From: Eutreptiella sp. 'Long Island Sound 2002' | Lineage: Eukaryota > Protista > Euglenida | DNA: 64,000 nucleotides | NCBI GenBank assembly: GCA_964036045.1 | Contig: OZ038378.1 | Span: forward strand, 68,572,001-68,636,000 | Reading direction: 5' to 3' | In this document: positions 36,945-47,400 of the stretch, in pieces | Position numbering within the stretch: the first letter of the stretch is position 1 | How the letters are laid out: the number at the start of each line of letters is the position of its first letter | Position numbers and translations under genes: made by a program | The notes under the pieces: model-generated | Database searches by the model: none | Seen by the model: the letters and a program-made list of their open reading frames with translations, nothing else | Told to the model about the DNA's origin: nothing

Positions 36945-38420
36945 CCTAGGTGGTGCTACATGGCTCCAAGTGGGTTTATATGCGCACCCATTCACATCAA
37001 ATGATGAAAAAGCCTCACCCAAGGCCATTCCACGTTTTTAGCCAACCCCTACTTGCCTTAAAGTGGCTTTTTCGGCCAAACCGTGCTGGCCTAAATATGG
37101 CTAAGTCCTCACTTGTGGGGCCCCGCACGGGCGCCAATCATGGGTACCTAAATTGGAGTGTGAGACCCCCAACATTGGTTTAGAGTTCATATACAACAAA
37201 AAGGACGACCAACACAAAGTGGCCGCAATAGGCCCAGCCAAAATGGCCCTTTCCCGGCCAATGGCACCACTAAAGGGGGTCTAATTGGTGCTACCTGGAT
37301 CCCCATGGGTTCATAAGTGCTTTTATTCAACCAAATGATGACCCAAGCGAAGCCCAAGGGTCCAAAGGACTCATTAGGACTCACTGACAGCTAACGTATG
37401 CTGCCCATGTTTAGTGCACACAGTGATTTTGCGCCTTTCAACCAGACCATGACAGGCCCTAGGCAGGGCTATATGCTGCAAAACATATCCTTTTGCATCC
37501 AAAATGGGAAAACTATTCCCACATACTGAATGCCACCACTCAAGAGGGATCACTACAAGTTCCCTAAAGCAGCCAAAAACACCACCATAACATAAATGGC
37601 TGAAAACTGCATACACTGTACGGGCGCTCATCCCACTCTGCCTTACCAAGCCCTATCAAAAAGGAGCCAACCAAACCTTTTCAATTCAATAAAAAAAATC
37701 GCACTTTTCGGCCCTAGAAAATTACCCTTCCCCCTCCCCGCCCCTCGCCTTGCAAACCCCCAACCCTAACCGCAACCCGAATAAAAGATTTTAAGTGTCA
37801 GGGAGAGCTGGGGAGGCCCAACAAAAAAATCATTGAGGGATACTTTTATTGGACAAAATAAGGATTTTACAATGGGTGAAACCGCGACATGAACCTCTTG
37901 GCGGCAATGGGCCCAATGTGGTGTTTCCCCTGTACACAAGCCTGTGTAGTTTTGATCTAACTGTCTCTGCAGGTTGATTTAAGCTTGTTGAAGGTAAAAA
38001 AACTGCAAAAGCAGTTTGTGCACTACTCCCACCTCACAGAGAATTGCTCCTAACAACACACCGCCAAGTGGCGCTTGCATTGTGCCTGCATGTATACAAT
38101 TGGGCCAATGTAGCCTGAAAACAGCCTTTCTTGGGTTCATGAAAACCAATGGGTGGGCCTAAATGGTGCTACCTGGCTTCCTTGTATTTGTATGTGCTCC
38201 CATTGTCACCAAATGATGACTGGGCACGTACCAAGGCCACCCACAAATTCTCAGAGGCCACCTAAAAAGCACCCTTTTTCAGCAACGATACTTGCTTGAA
38301 ACTAGCTAATTCCTCAATGGTGGAGTCTCATAGGGGCCCATCGGGCCAATTGGTGGTACATGGCTCCCCGTGGGTTGACATGCGCTTTTGTTGTCACCAA
38401 ATAGTGATCCAAGCCAAGCC
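36945..38420 (+). repeat. Old, diverged ~80-bp repeat family, four copies
   Basis: Core TGGTG(C/G)TAC(A/C)TGG..TCC...CCAAAT(G/A)(A/G)TGA...CCAAG at about 36950, 37285, 38163 and 38350. Confidence 0.6.
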
Positions 38421-38499
38421 CAAGCCAAGCGTGAAGGTTTGCTTTAGAAACAAAACACAGCAGCGTCGTGTGGTCGTTTCAATCCTTTGTGTTTTCCAT

Positions 38500-40688
38500 G
38501 CCCACTTTCAGGGCATTTCGGGATTTTCCATGTTCCAAAATGCGCCGTCACCACGGGCTCAAAACGCCCTAAAAACGCTTGTTTGAGCATCCCAAATGAT
38601 CTGGGATCACTTTTGGAACAACACATTTTTGACCCATTGCTAATCCATCTTTGGTACCCAAACGCCCCATTCATAAGGCGTTTAGGGATTTCCATGGGCC
38701 AAAACATGTCACCACCGGTTCAAAACAGGCTAAAAATATTTGTTTGAGCATCCCAAATGGTGTAGGATTGCTTTTGAAAAACGCTTTTTTGACCCATTTT
38801 TGACCCATTTTGGTCCCAAAACGGCCCACTTTCAAGGCATTTTGCAATTTTCCATTGGCCAAAACGCGGTGTCACCACCGGCTCAAACCGGGCTGAGGAC
38901 GCTTGTTCAAAAATCCGAAATGGTCCCCCATCATCTGTGCAAAACCGTGGTTTTGGCCCATTTTGGGTACCGAAACAGCCAACTTTCAAAGCATTTTGAG
39001 GTTATCAATGGGCCAAAATGCGTCACCACGGGCTAAAAACGGGCTAAAAACGCTTGTTTGAGTATGCCAAATGGTCTACGATCACCTTAGCGAAAATGCG
39101 TTTTTGACCCATTTCTAACCCATCTTGGGTCCCAAAACGGCCCGTTTTCAACGCGTTTTGGGATCTTCCATGGGCCAAAACGCGTCACCACGGGCTGAAA
39201 ACGGGCTTTAAAAAAACTTGTTTGTGCAACCCAAATGGTCCACGATGACTTTTGGAACAACGCGTTTTTGACCCAGTTCTAACCAATCTTTGGTACGCAA
39301 ACACGCCATTTTCAAGGCATTCTGGGATTTTCCATGGGCCAAAACGCATCACCACCGGCTCAAAACAGGCGAAAAACACTTGTTTGGGCATCCCAAATGG
39401 TACATCATAACTTTTGCGAAAATGCGTTTTTGACCCTTTTTTGAACCATCGTGGGTCCCAAAATGGCCCATTTTCAAGGAAGTTTGGTATTTTCCAGGGC
39501 CCAAACGCGTCACTACTGCCTCAAAAGTGGCTAAAAAAACTTGTTTGAGCATGCCAAATGGTCCGATTACCTTCTGCAAAAATGCGATGGTGGCCACTTT
39601 TTGACCCATCTTGTGTCCCGAAAACGGCCCATTTTCAGTTTTGGAATTTTCAATGGGCCAAAATTGGTCACCACTTGCGCAAAACGGGCTATAAGCATGT
39701 GTTTCGGCATCCGAAATGCCCTAGGACTATTTTTGAAAAAACCCAGTGCGACACTTTTTTGACCCATTTTTGGACCCAAAAGGCCGATTTTCAGGCTCGT
39801 TTTGGGATTTCCCATGGGCCAAAACGCGTCACCACCGCACTAAAAGCACTTGTTTGAGCATCTCAAATGGTCTAAGATCATATTTGGAACAGATTTTTGA
39901 CCCATTTCTAAACCATCCTTGGTCCCCAAACGGCCCATTTTCAAGGCATTTGGGAATTTTCCACAGATCAAAACGCATCACCACTGGCTCAAAACGGGCT
40001 AAAAACATTTGTTTGACAATCCCAAATGGTCAAGGAGAAACTGTTGGCAAAATGCGTTTTTGACCCACTTTTGAGGCATCTTTGGTCGGAAAGCCGCCCA
40101 TTTTCTAGGCATTTTGCGATTTTCCGTGGCCCATAATGTGTCGGCACAGGCTCAAAACGGGCTAAAATCGCTTGTTTGAGCATCCCAACTGGTCCATCAT
40201 AGCTCTTGGGAAACGCATTATTCACCCTTTTTTGACCCGTTTTTGACTCATGTTTGGCCTCAGAATGGTCCGTTTTCAAGGCATTTTGGGAGTTTCCATG
40301 GCCCATAATGTGTCACCACAGGCTCCAAACGGGCTAAAAACATTTGTTCGAGCATCCCAAATGGTGTAGGATCACCTATGCGAAAATGCGCTTTTGACCC
40401 ATTTTTGACCCATCTTTGGTCTCAAAACCGCCCATTTTGAGGGATTTTGGGATTTTCCATGGGCCAAAACGCGTCACCATTGGCTCAAGGTGGGGCTGCA
40501 AACACTTGTTTGTGCAACCCAAATGGTCCAGGATCACTTTTGAACAACGTGTTTCTGACCCCTTTCTAACTGATCCTTGGTCCCAAAACGGCCCATTTTC
40601 AAGATATTTTGGGATTTCCCATGAGCCGAAACGCATCATCACGAGCTCAAAGCTGGCTACAAACGCTTGTTTGAGCATCCCCAATGGT
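38500..40688 (+). repeat. Satellite 2 (162-bp monomer), first block
   Basis: Consensus GGGATTTTCCATGGGCCAAAACGCGTCACCACCGGCTCAAAACGGGCTAAAAACACTTGTTTGAGCATCCCAAATGGT...TTTTTGACCCAT...AAAATGGCCCATTTTCAAGGCATTTT. Confidence 0.95.
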
Positions 40689-40890
40689 TGAGGTGCAGCC
40701 ACACAGGATGAGGCCGACACCCCCCCAAAAAAGTGGTGTATTCCTCCACCAGATCCCCTCACATCCTATGACTTTTGGGTACTAAAACATGTTCCCTATG
40801 GCAAGGGGACCCCGTGGAGACCGGTGCCGCCATGTGCGCACGCGCCGTGCCCTTTTCGTAAAATACCACAACAGCCCCAAGACAGCCCTT

Positions 40891-41136
40891 GTTCATTCTG
40901 GGTGGTTTGCGGCTGAGTACCACAATTTTTATATTTTTTCTAGCATCCCCACCGAAAGGTGGAACGTGGAGTTCAAGATGGACACCCGCCATTCATTTCT
41001 AGGCTATAAAATATCGCGCCCCTATTTTAGTGCACGGGCATTCACCCACGTACTAGAGCTTGATGCGCTTGACGTGGGCTTGCAGATGTGGCATGGGTTG
41101 CATGACACAAAGGACAAAAAGCGGCACATCGGATGA
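40891..41136 (+). pseudogene. C-terminal segment of RAG1/Transib-like transposase (inverted relative to the N-terminal part)
   Basis: VHSGWFAAEYHNFYIFSSIPTERWNVEFK...RHSF. His (40894) to Glu (40954) is 20 aa, followed by N at +3 and FK at +6/+7. This matches RAG1 H942-E962 and ESGNKLFR. Confidence 0.75.
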
Positions 41137-41180
41137 CGAAAGGCCTAAGGAGATGAATAAAATCCAAAATGGTGCTTTGT

Positions 41181-41306
41181 GACAGGGCTGTGGGACAGGT
41201 GCCGAGACAGGGGGATGTCTTAGGACACGGGGTCGCGACAGGTGTCAAGACAGGGGGGTGTCGTAAGACAGCTGAGCCAAGACATGGGGATTGTCGTGAA
41301 GACACG
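41181..41306. repeat. AAGACAG/GACAGG-motif short repeat element 1
   Basis: About nine (AA)GACA(G/C) motifs. It abuts the broken end of the transposase frame. Confidence 0.7.
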
Positions 41307-42770
41307 TGTCCAATGTACCCACACTGTGGGTTGCCATTGCAACGCACACCAATTATTGGCAAACCGCCCCACAGCCCGCCCATACGACTCCACCTCCTTA
41401 TTGGTCAAACCAATCTTGTTCGACCAACACTTTTCCATATACCACAAACTTAGGAGCATGCTCTAGATCACGGCATGTAAGGGGATGCTTGTCCCGCCTA
41501 CAACCACACGCTATTGAGGCCCCACATGTTGTTGAATAAGCTGCACAACTTTTGCGTGGTTCGCCTGATCTCGGGCAGACCACGTTCACCCCGATAGATC
41601 AAAATTACCGTCCTAAGTAGGCCGCGGTGCGTCCCGGATTTCGGACGGGATGTGGGCAGCTGCTTGCATCACGGATTGCACTACACTCCACAGCAAAGGG
41701 CCGAGGGCATGGGCTTGTGAAATCCGGCCATCCGAGCAGAACCTTTTGAAAATTGCATTTACTATTCTACAACAGCAATGCACCGTGTCTCCAACACGAC
41801 GTGTTGGGGGTATGGAGCGGAGGAAAGCGCCCCATCGGATGGAAATTATAAAATCACTAGGGCGGAGGTTGTCACCTCCAAAGTCCTCGAATGCGAGGTC
41901 ACAATGCCAACAACGGCATTTAAGTTTCGTGTGCCCAGCGCACATCCCTTTCCCATCTCCCGTTAAGAAACATTCCACCTCAACGGTCACCCTGGGGGTG
42001 GCAATCCCATCGCGTTGTAGGTCAACCACCTGGGCATCTAGTTGCCTCAATTTGTCGGCTAGCCACAAGGGGTCGGCATCATCTGATCCATCGAACGTAA
42101 ACCACGTGGACCACAAAGTAGGCCTCTCCACGCTGCGTGTACTATCTGCTAAGTCGATGTACACGCCCCCACGTGTGGCACTTGCCTTCCATATGACAAT
42201 ACCAAACTTCGGAGGTACGCGGCCTTAGGGTTGTTGTATGTAGTGCAACTTCACACGTTGCTCCACCACGTCCCGAAGGTTGAAGAGGGCCCCGCAACAG
42301 GCCTGTCCCACACTGGGCTTGAACACCACCAGCTTCGACCGGTAGGGGATGAGGGCTTGGCACACCCGTCGTAGGGTGGCCCTCCTACATGTCCTCGGGA
42401 GTTTGTCCAAGTAGCGCACAGAAATTTTCATCCTTCCGAACTGGCCCACCAACAAAACTGCCTGCTCCTCACTCTCATCGCAGTCCTCAAATTGCCCCTC
42501 TAGCCGCAGGGTGTGATGCCCCTTGGTGTCCGTGATGATCTGAGTGGGTTCCCGCAGCAATGCCGTGGCGGCTTTCTCCGGCATGCACAAGCGCTCATGG
42601 CGCCATCAGTTGGATAAAGTCCGAATAGGTGCCAAGTGGAGCTTGGCCACACTAGAGCACAGGGTGTCAAGAACATAGGACAAGTTGCCAGAGGCCATTT
42701 TCCAGTCAACAAACAATGCACCACCATGCAGCAGGCAATGAAACCCATAACTGCGTCACGCACCCTGTTC
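41307..42770 (-). pseudogene. N-terminal and central part of RAG1/Transib-like DDE transposase, with several nonsense codons
   Basis: One frame joins ORFs 42225-42590, 41613-42164 and 41220-41459. Motifs: TWFTFDGSDD, LRQLDAQVVDLQRDGI, VECFLTGDGK (Asp about 41957), CWHC (41912-41903), GDTVHCCCRI, PTVWVHWT (His 41315). Stops are mostly TAG/TGA/TAA derivable by C-to-T change. Confidence 0.8.
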
Positions 42771-42935
42771 AAGACAGATGAATAAGACAGGGGTCTATCT
42801 GGCGACAGGTTACCAAGACAGGTGCTAAGACAGGGGGGCTGTCGCCGGACAGCCCCCCTGTCTTACTGCCTGTCTTGGTAAACTGTCTTGCGACATACCC
42901 CTGTCCTCAGTCCGGTCTCGGTATCTTGTCGTACT
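42770..42935. repeat. AAGACAG-motif short repeat element 2, internally palindromic
   Basis: AAGACAG repeats switch to CTGTCTT repeats around GACAGCCCCCCTGTC (42848-42862). It interrupts the transposase frame. Confidence 0.75.
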
Positions 42936-43556
42936 ATCCCACCACCTTCATTCTTGGTACATGTAGCGGAAGCGACTTTCCATCCCCCCCCCCCCCCCCT
43001 ACATTACGGTGGCATACACCCTTCATGCCTTGTGATCAAGGCAAGCATCAGTGCTGCGGACATTCCATTGCATGGCGCATCAATCATCATCCCGTGCTTC
43101 ACTAGCACATTGCAATTCACGTTCCGTTCATATTGCTTCTATGGGCTTTGAAGGAAAATGAGCACCATGGCACAACGAATTCTGCTGTCGGCTGACCGTC
43201 AAGCCACCACTGCAACAAAAGGAAGAAAATGTATTTGAGGCTCACACAAGGGAGCCAAGTGATGACCACGTGATACAATTTAAAATGACAATCAGGTGCA
43301 CACATTAAAAATTGTTGCACACTCTGTGCTACCCATGTAAACTGCGACCAATGCATTGAGAGCCCCCCCCCCAGCCCACAGGTACAGGGAGAGGGTTGGT
43401 CAACTCCCTATATCGTAAAGAGCCTGCCAGCACCCCCAGACAGGGGGTGACGGCAAAGTGTTCTTGGGGGGTAGGGAACAGTGCCAATGCTGAAAAAACC
43501 CAAAAGGGACAACCTTGCATCGGAGTGGATTGGCTTTATTGGGACTCTGACTGGGA

Positions 43557-44490
43557 CTAGGTCGAACCGCCCTTCGCTGCCATGGACTGATACAGTTCCC
43601 GCCACTGTGCTGTCATCTCCTTCTGTGAATCGAGTTGTGTTTTCAGGGTCTTAGCTAGGCTCAGTCCTTGGACCAGCTGGCCTTCAAGCTCCATCCGGAG
43701 AGCCTTCTCCTGGTTGACCTGCACCGTGACGTCCGAGACCTCCACCTCCGCGGCTTTCTGCTTGGCGTTCTCGGGCGCTTCCTTCAAAGGGCCTACGACC
43801 TCCTGCTGCTTGTCATGATGCTTCCGGCGCTCCTCAAAACATGCCTCCTTCAGGGCAGTTTGGTGCTCCTTCTTGAGTGCACCGACCTCTGTTGTGTGTG
43901 CTTGCTTGAGCGCCTTGATCAGTGTGGACAACGCAGCCCCCTTTGTGGGGCGTGGTGATTGCTCTGCCCTTGTGTCGCTCCTGGTCGACATCACCGGCTC
44001 CTCCAAGATGCCCTTGGTGGTTTTCCGTTTTTTTTTGCGGGGTGTACGTCCGAGTATGAATCCCCTGTGTCTCCGGCCTGTGACTTCTCCGAATTGACTT
44101 GCACCGCCTCTCGTTCCCGTGACCGAGACTCATTCTCCAACGACGTGCGCATGTGGTCCGCGACTGGCTCCCCCCCAATGGTCGTGAACTTCGACAAGCT
44201 GATCCAACGGTTGTCGTTCCATGTGTAGTTCAAAGGGGCCTGCACGAGGAATCACTCCTTGATCTGCATCTTACCCCCTCCGCAGGGCTGAGTTGTGCAC
44301 GAGCGTACCAGTTCCGTCCCAGGCAGAGCTGTTGACCGCAATGGGCATCTTCACGTCACGCGGCTTGAGATGGCCCTCGTTGTCGCGGAAGTTTCTGACG
44401 GCACTCCTGTAATACACCGTCGCCCCCTTCGAGTTCCACGCGGCATCCGACGGTGTCCGGATCACTGCACTGCCGCACGGCCTCCCGAAT
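43557..44490 (-). pseudogene. Accessory ORF upstream of the transposase: globular N-terminus, basic NLS-like motif, C-terminal coiled coil
   Basis: ORFs 44271-44552, 43991-44245 and 43557-44006 join with two frameshifts, one in the homopolymer at about 44028-44036. Peptides: PAKK/RK; LIKALKQAHTTEVGALKKEHQTALKEA...LKTQLDSQKEMTAQWRELYQ. Confidence 0.55.
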
Positions 44491-47400
44491 AGTGTGGGAT
44501 TAGCGATGCCAAAATGCGTTTTTGACGCATTTTGGCACATTTCGGGTCGCAAAATTGCCCATTATCAAGACATTTTGGGATTATCACTGGCTCGTCATGT
44601 GTCACCACATGCTCAAAACGGGCTAAAAACAATTGTTTGAGCCTCCCAAATGGTGTAGGATCACTGTTGCGAAAATGCGTTTTTCAACCTTTTTTGACCG
44701 ATGTTTGGTCCCAAAACGGCCCAATTTCAAAGTATTTTGGGATTTTCCATGGGCCAAAACGTGTCACTGTTGGCTCCGAATCAGGCTGCAAACACTTGTT
44801 TGTGCAACCCAAATGGTCCAGGATCACTTTTGGAACACCGCGTTGTTGACCCATTTCTAACCCTTCTTTGGTCCCCAAACTCCCCATTTTCAAGGCATTT
44901 TGGGATTTTACATGGACCAAAACGAATCAACACTGGCTCACATTTGGCTAAAAAAAGCGTGTTCGGGTATCCCAAATTGCGCATCATAACTTATGCAAAA
45001 CGCGTTTTTGACCCTTTTTTGACCCATGTTTGGTCTCAAAATGGCCCATTTTCAGGGCATTTGGAGTTTTCCCTGGCTCATGATGTGTCACCACAGGCTC
45101 AAAACCGGCTAAAAACATTGGTTTGAGAACCCCAAATGGTGTAGGATCACCTATGCAAAAATCCATTTATCCATTCACAACGATCTTTGGTCCCCAGGCC
45201 GCCCATTTTCAAGGCATTTCAGGATTTTCCATGGTCCAAAACGGGTCACCATTAGTTCAAAACGGGCAAAAAACACTTCTTTGGGCGTCCCAAATGGTCC
45301 ATCATAACTTTTGGAAAACGCGTTTATGACCCTATTTTGACCCATGCTTGGGCCCAAAATGGCCCATCTTCAAGGCATTTTGGGATTTTCCATGGACCAT
45401 AATGCGTCACCAGAGGGTGAAAACAGGCTAAAAACAGTTCTTTCAGCCTCCCCAATGGTGTAGGATCACCTTTGTGAAAATGCATTTTTGACCCATTTTT
45501 GACCCATCTTGGGTCCCCAAACTGTCCATGCTCAAGGCATTTTGGGGTTTTCCATCGGCCAAAACGGTCACAACCGGCTCAAAACGGGCGAAAAACCCTT
45601 GTTTGAGGATCCCAAATGGTCCATCATAACTTTGGAAAATGCGTTTCTGACCCTGTTTTGACCCATGCTTGGGCCCAAAATGGCCCATTTTCAAGGCAAT
45701 TTGGGATTTTCCATGGACCATAATGCGTCACCACAGGGTGAAAACGGGCTAAAAGCAGTTCTGTCAACCTCCCAAATGGTGTGGGAACATCTTCGTGAAA
45801 ATGCATTTTTGACCCATTTTTTGACCCATCTTGGGTCCCCAAACAACCCATTTTGAAGGCATTTTGGGATTTTCCATGGGCCAAAACTCGTCACCACCGG
45901 CTCAAAACGGGCTAAAAACCCTTGTTTGAGGATCCCAAATGGTCCATCATAACTTTTGGAGAACCGCATTTTTGACCCTTTTTTGAACCATGTTTGGGCC
46001 CAAAACGGCCCATTTTCAAGGCATTTTGGCATTTTCCATGGACCATAATGTGTCACCACAGGGTGAAAACGGGCTAAAATCAGTTTTTTCAGCCTCCCAA
46101 ATGGTGTAGGATCACCTTTGTAAAAATGCATTTTTGACCCATTTTTGACCCATCTTGGGTCCCTAAACTGCCCATTTTCAAGGCATTTTGGGATTTTCCA
46201 TGGGCTAAAACTCGTCACCACTAGCTCAATACGGGCTAAAAACCCTTGTTTGAGGATCCCAAATTGTCCGGCATAACTTTTGAAAAACCGCATTTTTGAC
46301 CCTTTTTTGAACCATGGTTGGGCCCAAAACAGCCCATTTTGAAGGCATTGAGATTTTCCATGGGCCAAAACGCAGCACCACCGGCTCAAAACGGGCTACA
46401 ATTGCTTGTTTGTGCACCCCAAATGGTCCATCATAACTTTTGGAAAATACATTTTTGAGCCTTTTTTGACCCTTTTGTGACTCATGTTTGGTCTCAAAAT
46501 GGCCCATTTTCAATGCAATTCGGCATTTTCCCTGCCTCATAATGGGTCATCACCTGCTCAAAACCGGCTGGAAACAATTGTCCGGGCATCCCAAATGGTG
46601 TAGGATCACCTATGCGAAAATGCGGTTTTGACCAATTTTTGACCCATCTTTGAACCCAAAACGGCCCATTTTCAAGGCATTTTGGAATTTTCCATGGGCC
46701 AAACCGCATCACCACCAACTAAAAGCTCGGTAAAAAAAGCTTGTTCGAGTATCCCAAATGGTCCATCATAACTTTTGGAAAACCCGTTTTTGACCCTTTT
46801 TTGACCCATGTTTGGTCTCAAAATGGCCCATTTTTGAGGCATTTTGGAGGTTTCCCTGGATCATAATGTGTCACCACTGGCTCAAAACGGGCTGGAAACA
46901 ATTGTTTGAGGATCCCAAATGGTATAGGATCACCTATGGGAAAATCCATTTATCAATTCAAACCCATTTTTGGTCCCCAGGCCGCCCATTTTCAAGTCAT
47001 TTTGGGACTTTCGATGGGCCAAAGCAGGTCACCACCAGTTCAAAACGGGAAAAAAACACTTCTTTGGGCATCCCAAATGGTCCATCATAACTTTTGGAAA
47101 GCTCGTTGTTGACCCTGTTTTGACCCATGCTTGAGCCCAAAATGGCCCATCTTCAAGGTATTTTGGGATTTTCCATGGACCATAATGTGTCACCACACAG
47201 TGAAAACAGGCTAAAAACAGTTCTTTCAGCCTCCCAAATGGTGTAGGATCACCTTTGTGAAAATGCATTTTTGACCCATTTTTTGACCCATCTTGGGTCC
47301 CCAAACTGCCCATTTTCAAGGCATTTTGGGATTTTCCATCGGCCAAAACTCGTCACTACCGGCTCAAAACGGGCTAAAAACCCTTGTTTGAGGATCCCAA

